Source: an uncultured archaeon
Lineage (GTDB): Archaea; Thermoplasmatota; Thermoplasmata; Thermoplasmatales; Thermoplasmataceae
DNA length: 64,000 bases
Direction: 5' to 3'
NCBI GenBank assembly: GCA_000965745.1
Contig: CP009479.1
Coordinates: 288,001-352,000 of the forward strand
Made by a program: the position numbers and the translations under genes. Position 1 is the stretch's first letter; every line of letters starts with the position of its first letter. The notes beneath the pieces were generated by a model, which made no database searches, was not told the DNA's origin, and saw nothing but the letters and a program-made list of their open reading frames with translations. Positions 29,097 through 38,642 of this stretch are shown here, piece after piece.

Positions 29097-30011
29097 TCAC
29101 TTCAATTCTCTTTTTAAGGTCTGTGACATTAATTCTGATAATTTGTTTCTGAACTCTGGGGGTAGTTCAATTACTCCTTCCTTTGATTTGGAATCTTGGT
29201 TGATTTCCATGAACACAATGAAGGCTTCCCTCCATTTTCTGAGATATTCCCACACAGTCTTAGTCGTTCGTCCTTCATCTTCAATTATATCTTTCAAATT
29301 GTTTATGGTCTCAAAGTAGGCTGATTTTACTTTTTCTTGATAAAGCTTCGTATCCATTTTCAAAAAGCTTTTTGTATAATCAAATAACCAATCCATAGAC
29401 ATCAAAAGAGCGAGAAATAAGATGTCTCCCTTTACATACCCGGTTAGATTTCCAATTCGTTGTGCTTCGTTAATGACTCCTTTAAAGAGATTGTTTGAGG
29501 GAAAGAGGAGATATTCCTTAGAAGAAATCAAGAAATCAATCAACCACTTAAAGGACGCTTCTGTATGTAATATGTCAATTTCTCTTTCATAGTATGCTTC
29601 ATCTTCTCTAACATCATGTTCGAACTTCCTAAATGCATTCCTAAAGTTCAAGAAGAGGTTCCATAAATTTTCAGTCGCATTCTTTCCTCTTAAATCTAAT
29701 GAGCCTAAGTGAGTGAGTAGTTCTGTCCCAGGGAGCCTTGCTTGGCTTAGATATTCTGTCTCAAGCTTAGTTGGGTCTTGATTCGAAAATGCTGTATAAT
29801 TTATTGCGGCAATTCTAATTATAAAGCCAGCTATACCGGAATTTATGTCATTTGAAATCATAGCGTCCGAGAGAACTCTATTGGAGTATATTGTCATAAA
29901 AAAGTAATCGGACTTATCGAAAGCAGCTTGAGCAGCTTCAATATGATCTCTTATCACCCCATGATCTTTTGTGCTAGACACTCCTAAAACCACCAAGTTA
30001 TCGACAAACAA
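29097..30011 (-). CDS. Helical hypothetical protein
   Basis: 304 aa ORF ending 4 nt before the next ATG; start uncertain. Confidence 0.7.
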   Translation of the reverse strand: MFVDNLVVLGVSSTKDHGVIRDHIEAAQAAFDKSDYFFMTIYSNRVLSDAMISNDINSGIAGFIIRIAAINYTAFSNQDPTKLETEYLSQARLPGTELLTHLGSLDLRGKNATENLWNLFLNFRNAFRKFEHDVREDEAYYEREIDILHTEASFKWLIDFLISSKEYLLFPSNNLFKGVINEAQRIGNLTGYVKGDILFLALLMSMDWLFDYTKSFLKMDTKLYQEKVKSAYFETINNLKDIIEDEGRTTKTVWEYLRKWREAFIVFMEINQDSKSKEGVIELPPEFRNKLSELMSQTLKRELK

Positions 30012-30255
30012 TAAAGTGAGTCTATGTTTGCCATCTTGTCACAATATAAACTGCAATATTAAAATTTAGCAGACGGCATACACTCTAGTGCATGAATGTG
30101 CTATGGCATTTTCAAAATCTTTGAATGGCCCATAAACTATGAGACAATAACCCCGTTTAGGACCATGACTAAATTTGGCTCAAGTCAAGGATTTCCAACC
30201 TTAGCAAGCATTTTGATAAACAGTAATTTTTTTGGACTAAGAGTATAGCTAGATA

Positions 30256-31440
30256 TTATTTTGTTTCTGCATGATGTAATTCGAAGAATTTTCTTTTCAA
30301 TAACCTGTCATCTGTGCCATGAGTCAAATAATTCTCAAGCATACCTAATTGAAAGATACTATTTGTGAAGTCAATAGCTCTCAAAATCGAATCAAGAATG
30401 TCACTGATTGCAAGAATGCTACTTCCAACAATCTTAAACTCTGTCGATTTCGTTTTGGACCCCTTGGCAAATTCATTTATGCCTTCAAGGTGAATCCTTT
30501 CCTTTTTGGTTCTGAGTATCTTCACGAAATGACATAGAATAGGGTCAAATTCCCCATTTATTTCCCTTTCATCTGGTCTTTCAATCGTTATCCAATCAAA
30601 GAAGGCTTTAGTACTATCTGGAAATGTCAATATTGCTCTTGAAATGACTGACCCACGCTGGTCTTCATTTATTAATCTAATAATGCTTGCAATTACATCT
30701 TCAGGTGGATATTTTTCGAACCCCAATAATAAAGCTGTTCCAAGGGCTTGATCCGAGCTAAGTTTCCATGATTCTTTTAATTCCAGAGCCCTTCTCTTTC
30801 TCTCTTCTGTGGATTTTTCCAAATTTTTGACGCTTCCTCTGAATTTAGGCATTTTTTCACGGAAAAAATTAGCTTCATTAAGATTAGAACTTCTTTTGAT
30901 TAAGTCCTCTAGGTGATTAACCACAAGGTCTGGAAAGATTAGGGTATCCTCGTAGGGAGTGTTTGAATTCATGTCTTCTGTTAGAACCCGGTGAATATCA
31001 ACGTCGGGAATGAGTTCTTCACTCATGATATACTTAGCGGCATCGGCGAATCTTAGTGAATAAAGGACAGCAAACTGCCTAAACCAAGGAGAAACCATAA
31101 AATCATGTAAAATATCATTTCCCAATGCACACATATACTGAAAAGTCAAGGGCACACGGACACTTCCCTTAAAGGATAGACTGTAGTGGATTTTCTTCTT
31201 ACTTTGAGATCTTGTTCTATTATACTCATCTTTTTGGTTACCATCGGAGTGTACTATTCCTTGAGAAATTAGAACAGATAAGTGATTTCTAATTGTCCTT
31301 TGTTGAGATATACCTATTTCCTTCGATAGAATTGTTGTTATTTCCTTTAGACTCTTATAGCCAGTTGCCAGAGCATTTATGATATACCCCCTAGTCTCAT
31401 TCGGGAGGCCCCTTTGACCAACCTTTCGCTTTGTAACCAC
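30256..31440 (-). CDS. N-terminal wHTH domain hypothetical protein
   Basis: LKEITTILSKEIGISQQRTIRNHLSVLISQGIV is a wHTH-like pattern. Confidence 0.65.
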   Translation of the reverse strand: MVTKRKVGQRGLPNETRGYIINALATGYKSLKEITTILSKEIGISQQRTIRNHLSVLISQGIVHSDGNQKDEYNRTRSQSKKKIHYSLSFKGSVRVPLTFQYMCALGNDILHDFMVSPWFRQFAVLYSLRFADAAKYIMSEELIPDVDIHRVLTEDMNSNTPYEDTLIFPDLVVNHLEDLIKRSSNLNEANFFREKMPKFRGSVKNLEKSTEERKRRALELKESWKLSSDQALGTALLLGFEKYPPEDVIASIIRLINEDQRGSVISRAILTFPDSTKAFFDWITIERPDEREINGEFDPILCHFVKILRTKKERIHLEGINEFAKGSKTKSTEFKIVGSSILAISDILDSILRAIDFTNSIFQLGMLENYLTHGTDDRLLKRKFFELHHAETK

Positions 31441-31653
31441 TGGTGATTAGTCAGATTGAGTATTTTAGCTTTTGTAAATTTAACATATGATTCTTTTTCT
31501 CCTAATTTACATAAGTCTCTTTCATATCCCGTTATACCTTACAGAATTGTTAAAACATGCATAGGATTCATCTATAAGTGATCCCCGCCCATTCAAAAAA
31601 ATTGCCATATCTGTTGTGGATAACATTAGCATTGATTTCGTTTTTCTTATTTT

Positions 31654-32921
31654 GACATTGTCAACTTCCGGTTGATAAGTACCGGTGATACCAGTAGGAT
31701 GTCCGCAGGAGACCTTCTTCAGTCTTGAACCGGTGCTTAAAAAGCCATGACTGTACTGAGAAATGCTGTTCCGCCTTGTCTGAGGTCTTCTCCACATCAG
31801 GATTCTCAAGATACAGGAACACCTCCTTCCTGTGCTTTTTCACCCATTTGAGGAAGGATGCCATGATACTGTCACCGCCATAGAGGCTGTTGATCCTGTC
31901 AAGCATTATTTCAACGATCTCCCTCTCACTCATGCCCTCAGTGAGCTTCAACACCGCATCCCGGTTCTTTCCCAGCTTCTTCAGGTTTGTTCTATTCTGG
32001 AAAAACATGTACTTGACCAGTCTCTTTGCCATGTCCAGATGACCTTCCATCTTTGCATCGGCTATCCTGTGCGCAAGATCCTTCTCAATGTGGAAGAGGC
32101 ACCTCTGCCTCATTATCCGTATATTGAGGCTTGAAGATACCTTTTCCAGTGCGGATTCGTAATGGTACCCGTCTGTTGTGATGAATATATGATCCGGGAT
32201 GGCGAACCTCGAGAGCGACCTGATTAAGAATCCTGCCAGTGTATCCTCCTTCAGGTCGTCAAGTATCTCTTCCACAAAGTTTCCGTTCTTTGAATCCTTC
32301 AGGAGTGCCCTGTATTTCTCCATTCCGTCAATGTGTGCGTACTGCTCGTCATACACGAAATATCCGGAAGAATCCATCACCATGTCTGGTAGGGAAGGAA
32401 CATATTTCCTGATGGTTTCATGGGATATGATCACGTTTCCTATGATGCGGAAGAGGTCTGCTGCCTTCCTCAGGGATGTCTTCACCCTGGTCTTGACGCC
32501 CTTCTCCCTGACATCCTCAGGGTAATGCTTTCCGTAACCGTAATTTGGAGGCCTTGCAACGAATGAATATCTGCAGTCCCTGCAGATATATCTCTGCACC
32601 CTGAATACAGTACCATTCTCCAGGGTCCTGAGGCATGTTCCGTTTCGAACCACGTTCTTTGAGCGGCACTGCGGGCACATGGGATTCATGAAGCTGATCA
32701 GATCGTTTTCCTTCAGTTCAATGTCCATCATGGGAATGTTGTTGACCAGGAAGAGAGGAGAAGAATCAACTGAGGCATAATCGTCAAGGGATGTGGAAAC
32801 CCTCTTGAATTCAGTGTAGGGCGCCTTCCTCAGTCGCATGTGATGGAATACTACAATCATATTTCATGATTTCGGTTACGTGATGAGGGCTGAGTGGAGT
32901 CAACTAAATTTTGACAATGTC
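31654..32921 (-). mobile_element. Insertion sequence (MULE/IS256-superfamily-like, exact family uncertain)
   Basis: IR GACATTGTCAA / TTGACAATGTC; 8 bp TSD CTTATTTT at 31646-31653 and 32922-32929. Confidence 0.88.
31661..32860 (-). CDS. DDE transposase with N-terminal Zn ribbon
   Basis: CPQC..KNVVRNG..QRYICRDC; YDEQY, TTDG, QRCLFH, E in TSDKAEQ. Confidence 0.85.
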   Translation of the reverse strand: MIVVFHHMRLRKAPYTEFKRVSTSLDDYASVDSSPLFLVNNIPMMDIELKENDLISFMNPMCPQCRSKNVVRNGTCLRTLENGTVFRVQRYICRDCRYSFVARPPNYGYGKHYPEDVREKGVKTRVKTSLRKAADLFRIIGNVIISHETIRKYVPSLPDMVMDSSGYFVYDEQYAHIDGMEKYRALLKDSKNGNFVEEILDDLKEDTLAGFLIRSLSRFAIPDHIFITTDGYHYESALEKVSSSLNIRIMRQRCLFHIEKDLAHRIADAKMEGHLDMAKRLVKYMFFQNRTNLKKLGKNRDAVLKLTEGMSEREIVEIMLDRINSLYGGDSIMASFLKWVKKHRKEVFLYLENPDVEKTSDKAEQHFSVQSWLFKHRFKTEEGLLRTSYWYHRYLSTGS

Positions 32922-33674
32922 CTTATTTTGGAGATGGGGAAATACGGACGATAAATTTGCTCTGTATCTTGTAATAATCAATTGGTTTTTTGAATTAACC
33001 CGTAATACACGGAAAACGTGACATAATTGGCATCTGCAAGGAAGAAGAGTTGAACTACCTTTTTTATGACTTCACAACGGCTTTTCGATGGTAGGAATCA
33101 AGTTAAGAGGAAGGGTATCAAAGCATATTCTCTGACTTGATTCTCCTTGGGGTAATAGATCGTGATAGACGACACCTGCAGATTTTTGATGAGTTAGCAC
33201 CACTTGTTCAAGAAGTGATAGGTGAATCATGACATCAGTTCAGTCAAGACAATCACTTATACTTGAGTGCCTTCTGGAGATAACCAGAGCCTCGACATTG
33301 ACAATTGAGGTTAGTAGTTAATAAATAATATTTCCAAGATATTTGAAATAAATCTGACATGTGGTAGTCTCTTTTACAACTTCCAACATAAACCTAATAC
33401 CTTAATTTTGAGACTCTTAAGTATTTAATAATATTATGAATTTGGGTTAAATTCATCCTCAACGTGACTCATCAAAATACCATTGCTATTACTAGCGGAA
33501 TTAAAAAAGCCAACCATCTAGAAGTGGGAATAAAAATGAGATTGCATTCTGTTATTGTATAGTAAGGAGATAATTAAAAATGCGAAAATAGTAATTGCGA
33601 AATCCCTAAAACAAAGGGTTTCCAAGCACTCAAAAATTCAGTAAATATTTAAATATGTGTAGTAAATTTTAATC

Positions 33675-33857
33675 ATGAAATACCGCAAAAATAGGTATGA
33701 TGAAGGAGAGACTTGTCGGTCCACAATACTGACAGTCTCCCTCCCAAAGGAGATGCTGGCCACAATAGATGAAGCGGTACGAGTCCTTAAGACCGACCGC
33801 TCGAAGGCTGTGAGATACGCCATAGAACAGGTGTACGGGCTCATGAAAAAGGAGTGA
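33675..33857 (+). CDS. Ribbon-helix-helix (CopG-like) protein
   Basis: ILTVSLPKEMLATIDE...RSKAVRYAI. Confidence 0.75.
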   Translation: MKYRKNRYDEGETCRSTILTVSLPKEMLATIDEAVRVLKTDRSKAVRYAIEQVYGLMKKE

Positions 33858-33864
33858 AAAAAAG

Positions 33865-35387
33865 ATGGTAGAAGGTCAAGTTAATATACCAACCACGAAT
33901 ATAAATTTTTCCGATAAGAGGCTCTGCTACCGGCTGGACAGCAAAGTAAGTCTTGCATTCGAAAAGGGATCATTCTTCAAGGTTACGGAAAGGAATGGCC
34001 AGCAGAAGATGGAGACACTTTGCTCTTATCCACTCTCGATTATAGGTCTAGTCAAGCAAGGAAATCAGTGGAGAATCAAATACAAGTTTTCGGGAGAGGA
34101 GAGAACAGACACGATTCTTACAATGGGCGAGCTTATCAGACAGCAGATGAGCCCAACATCGAACATCATGTCTTACTTCAAACAGTTCATTCATAAATTC
34201 AGAGATGACTGTGAGCGCAATGGTTTATTCGAAGTCTGGCACGACTCTGTATCGGTACAAGATGGGTTAATGTAATCGCAGTAGAGAACTTACCAGAGCA
34301 GAATGCGAAGAATATCCTACTGATTCTCAAGAAGCTTGCAGAGTTGTCAACGAACAAAGACGCATTCCTTACGAGCATGTATTACAACCTGATGGCACCT
34401 CTTAGCTTCGAGATAAGGAACAAAGGCCAGAAGTTCCCATACAGGCTTAGTTCTGGAAGGACTCATGGAGGAAAGACGACCATAGAATCTCTTTTCACGC
34501 TACAAGGGTTCAACCAAGAATTGTCGCAGAGAAAGGAGACAATCAACACAGTGAAGACAATCTTTACCTTTGGACAGCAAGTTGAGAAGTCAAGTCTTCC
34601 CTTTGTCATTGACGACATAAAGAATGAATGGCTCGAAAAATACGCTGAAGAGTTGAAGGGAGCAACTGATGGGGTCAAATTCATGGCCAGAGGGACTAAG
34701 GCACAGACGCAGAATGAGTGGCGTATGCTTGGTATGCCAGTATTTACCATGAATGCTGAGCCAGACATACCCCTTGCCCTGATGGACAGGATAATCATTA
34801 GTCGGTACACGGAGGAGCACTCGAAGAGACAGGACAAGGCAAAGTTCGAATCCTTAAAGAGGGCATTGAAACCTGGGTTCATGCTTAAGCTCATAATGGG
34901 GACCTTAGCAGGTAAGAATCTGGAGGAGATCCTCAACAATGTGCACTACAGGGCCAACAACGACAACGAGGTCAATGGACTTCTTATCAAGTACTCTGAA
35001 GGGCTCACAGTCGAACTCTGTAAAAAGTACGGGATAGAACCACTCAGCACTGGGCTTGTTCTTGAGTCAGTGGAGCAATCACTCATAGAGAGATTTTGCA
35101 CATATGTCTACACAAAAGTGAGTACCTTATCTAATTGGGACAATGCTCGTTCTCTGAAGTACTGCGAAGTTAATAAGGGCAAAGATAAGAAAGAACAATT
35201 CATCTATATCTCCTCTGAAGGGTTCAACGATTTCGTTAAGGACCACAGACTGAAGAAGATGACCATGACTGACTTCGTAAATGAGGTGAACAGTCCTGAT
35301 ATAAGGGTCAAGACAGTCTACAACCGTTCTTGGGTCTTTCTCCTTTTAAGTTGTTGTCATAGTATATCCTACAGGGATTGGTTTTAA
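33865..35387 (+). pseudogene. Plasmid/virus-type replication ATPase/helicase, frameshifted near 34270
   Basis: Two ORFs in different frames, with the second frame open back to ~34272; Walker A GRTHGGKTT, Walker B FVIDD, ALMDR. Confidence 0.6.
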
Positions 35388-35535
35388 GACCACAATTTAC
35401 ACGCCTAACAACATTTTGTTTTATGATGTCTGTGGTGCAGATTCCTTTAAAACCTACGAATCTCTCAGGATTTCCGTCATTATAAGTAACCTTGAGTGCA
35501 ATATCCATTTTTATCGCCTCTCCTGAAGCAAAGGA

Positions 35536-36627
35536 TTATCTGAAGATGCTCGAAGTGTCCTTAGCCTTAAGCATTTCTTCAAGCGTTTCCACAAATCTAA
35601 TTCCGGGCATAAAGAAATCTGGCCCCCTCTTAATTGGCTTAAAATCTTTAATCTCTTCCCCCAGGGAAAAAAAGACAGTTTTTCCACTCGAGTAATCATC
35701 ATTATCTTCGAGTGCATCAAAACAATTCTTCCAGCTTTTGGCTATTGACATATCACCTCGTTTTATTTCTTTAATAGCGTATAAATGGGTTATTGCACTT
35801 TGTTCTGGTTCGTAGGTCGCGAGATACTTTGGTTGCCTGTTTCTCCTCAATTGGAAAAATCCATAGCCTCCCGTTTCTTCAATGAAGTTTATCCCAGTGC
35901 AGGGACTATAGGTATTAGCAGAACAAACAACTACTTCCGGAGAATTAGCAGCCTTACTGTTATTATTATCGTAGTTATATGTACCGTTTTGCTCTGCTTG
36001 TGGGCCCTGTGGGGCCAAAGTAACTTCTATGTCCAGATTATCAACTATAAAATCGGGTGAAACTTTCAATTTATCCGAAATATAATCTAATACTTGGCTT
36101 CTTATTTGTGAAAAATCTTCCTTTATAAAACTAGATAATTTGTCTCTTAGACCCTCTTGCTTTTGAATGGAATCCAGGAAGTTTGGATATGAATCTTTTG
36201 ACAGGCCAAAAAATATCTCTATGCTCTGCCCACTTACCCACCGATAAATTGGGGTACTTTTGTCTATATGGTATACTAACAACTCCCTTCCGTTATAGAG
36301 ACAACCATATTGGGCCCTGACAACCCCAATATATGAGTTTACTTGGTCAGAATAGGCTTCCAAATCATACTCCTCTGGACCTTTAGCTTCAATTACTAAG
36401 CGAGAGTTTCCATTTTCAAGAACATAATCTGGGGTGATCCAATTGCCAGAGCCCACAGGATAGGATTCCTCAATTTTTACGTCTTCAACAAGATCCCAGC
36501 CCAGTTCCTCTATCAATTTAGTGAGCACCAACTGTCTTAAGCGACTTTCTTTTCCCAATATTTCTTCACCTAGTTTTACAAGTCTTGCTACTTCCATTCT
36601 ACGTTCCATGTATTTATCCTCCCGCAC
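35536..36627 (-). CDS. HsdR N-terminal-like PD-(D/E)xK nuclease protein
   Basis: E..LR..V...L...LGW, PDYVL, VIEAK, QV.SY, LYNG. Confidence 0.75.
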   Translation of the reverse strand: MREDKYMERRMEVARLVKLGEEILGKESRLRQLVLTKLIEELGWDLVEDVKIEESYPVGSGNWITPDYVLENGNSRLVIEAKGPEEYDLEAYSDQVNSYIGVVRAQYGCLYNGRELLVYHIDKSTPIYRWVSGQSIEIFFGLSKDSYPNFLDSIQKQEGLRDKLSSFIKEDFSQIRSQVLDYISDKLKVSPDFIVDNLDIEVTLAPQGPQAEQNGTYNYDNNNSKAANSPEVVVCSANTYSPCTGINFIEETGGYGFFQLRRNRQPKYLATYEPEQSAITHLYAIKEIKRGDMSIAKSWKNCFDALEDNDDYSSGKTVFFSLGEEIKDFKPIKRGPDFFMPGIRFVETLEEMLKAKDTSSIFR

Positions 36628-36820
36628 TCATTTTAGCTATGTTTTCTAGACTCATAATATCCAGCACCCACTTGTCGAAATACAAGGTATTTTTTCCGTC
36701 AGCAAATTTGCCACGAGTGTAAAGTGAGAGAAATATTGCAAGTCATTCTCATTACTCAAAAAAATAATATAAAATTTCCTATGTTTTACAAGACTTAATG
36801 AATTCAAAAACCAAATTAAA

Positions 36821-38077
36821 GATCGTGTGCATAAAGTGATGTAATTTTAAAGAGGTCCCGCAAAATTTGGAATTAGGAGGACCAAAAGATGCAGGACCAG
36901 TTGAACATGGTAGAGGAATTAATAAGCACTTTCCTGAATGACAATCAGGAAGGGAAGAAACAGCTGATCGAGTGGTTTCTGAACGAAGTCATGGACAGGG
37001 AAGCGATGGATCAGATCAGGGCGGAGTGGTATGAAAGATCTGAGCAGAGGAAAGCACACAGGAATGGCAAGAGGAAGAGATCACTGAAGACATCGGACGG
37101 CGATCTGATGCTGGAGAAGCCCCAGATACCTGAGTTTCCATTCGAAACACAGGTATTTGACCGGTACAGCAGAGTCGAGAGAGCAGTTGAATCAGCAATC
37201 CTGGAATCGTACATACAGGGTGTCTCAACAAGGAGAGTGAAGAGCATTGTTGAGACCCTTGGGATACGAAAAGTATCCCCGTCCTATGTCTCATCACTCT
37301 CCTCCGATCTGGATCAAAAGGTGAAGGAATTCCTTGAGCGTCCCATAGAAAAGGAGATCAGGTACATGTATGTGGATGCCACATACATCAAGGTACGCCA
37401 GGATTCAAGGTACAAAAGCATGGCGCTGTACATTGCTGCTGGCGTGAGAGAGGATGGATACAGGGAAATCCTGGGAGCAAGGCTTTATGACTCTGAGACA
37501 GAAATCGACTACGAATCATTCTTCGATGATCTTAAGGATCGCGGTCTGAGAGGCTTAGAGCTGGTGATATCAGATGGCCATAAGGGAATCAGGGAGGCTG
37601 TACTCCGATCTTTTCCGGGTGCATCATGGCAGTTCTGCCATGTGCATTTCATCAGGAACCTGATGAAGAAGATTCCAAAGAAAAGATGGGGGTCAGTATC
37701 ACTCATAGTGAAGGAATCACTTGAGAATCCTTCACTCATGCCTCTGGCACAGCAGGCATTGATGGATCATGGAATGGACAGGGCTGCTGAGATGTACGAG
37801 CGATGGTCGGATTCACTGTACAACTATCAGTCCTGTCCACAGCAGCACTGGCGCAGGATAAGAACAACAAACATGATGGAGCGTCTCAATTACGAGATCA
37901 AGCGTCGTACAAAGAAAGTGGGTGCGTTTCCATCTGAGAAAGCGTTGATCAGGTTGGCAGGAGCGGTGTTGATGGACGTGAATGAGGAGTGGATCACTGG
38001 GCGAAAGTATTTGAGAATGGAGGAGTTGCACGGTGGGGGAGTCCCTCTTTAATTTACAGCACTTGGTGCACATGACC
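36821..38077 (+). mobile_element. IS256 family element
   Basis: Imperfect 27 bp IRs GATCGTGTGCATAAAGTGATGTAATTT / rc GGTCATGTGCACCAAGTGCTGTAAATT; no TSD visible. Confidence 0.88.
36889..38052 (+). CDS. IS256 transposase
   Basis: GVSTRRV, VDATY, ISDGHKG, QFCHVH, TTNMMERLN.EIKRR. Confidence 0.95.
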   Translation: MQDQLNMVEELISTFLNDNQEGKKQLIEWFLNEVMDREAMDQIRAEWYERSEQRKAHRNGKRKRSLKTSDGDLMLEKPQIPEFPFETQVFDRYSRVERAVESAILESYIQGVSTRRVKSIVETLGIRKVSPSYVSSLSSDLDQKVKEFLERPIEKEIRYMYVDATYIKVRQDSRYKSMALYIAAGVREDGYREILGARLYDSETEIDYESFFDDLKDRGLRGLELVISDGHKGIREAVLRSFPGASWQFCHVHFIRNLMKKIPKKRWGSVSLIVKESLENPSLMPLAQQALMDHGMDRAAEMYERWSDSLYNYQSCPQQHWRRIRTTNMMERLNYEIKRRTKKVGAFPSEKALIRLAGAVLMDVNEEWITGRKYLRMEELHGGGVPL

Positions 38078-38408
38078 TGCGAGATAGGTATTCCACTATG
38101 TTTTGTGGTGAACTCAATATCAAGCCCTTAAAGTATTTATTGAGGTAGTTTTCAAGGCTCTTTTGGTAGTTTTTCTCGTATCTATTGGCCTTCATCCAGG
38201 TCATAAAACCTTCAGACATATTCACAACTAATTGGACTTGTGGTTTCACTTCATTTGAAGAGGGTTGACCAAATGGTGTAAAGCCACCATTGAAAAACTC
38301 ATTCAATCTTGCGTTCACCCATTGGTATAAGTTGATGCCAAAATCCTGTGCTTTTTCAACTAAATCCCCTCTTAGATTTAGTGTGGTAATTTTATTGCCT
38401 CTTTCCAT
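38078..38408 (-). pseudogene. CcdA-like/integrase N-terminal fusion truncated by IS256
   Basis: TTLNLRGDLVEKAQDFGINL (CcdA-like) then F..WM...Y...Y...L.NYLNKY (integrase SAM-like); frame runs into the IS end. Confidence 0.55.
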
Positions 38409-38642
38409 ATTACTTATTATCTCGCAGTATTTAAAACGTTACAAAATTTTTGAGTTCCTTTATTGTGGGAAAATGCCTATTTGATGGGGTGAGAGAAAGA
38501 ATATAAGAAAAATTATATTTGCAATAAAGCAAGTTTGACAGATACAGAGCACCAAACAAGTTTGGATAACGAACTTATTTTACCGCAATAATAAATAAAT
38601 ACCACTAAATTGTATTCTTTTGGCTACAAAGGGAATGCGGAA

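Noticed and set aside
33412-33420. GACTCTTAA core-like site
   Set aside because: No tRNA half or arm follows it; a 9-mer in AT-rich DNA is not sufficient evidence.
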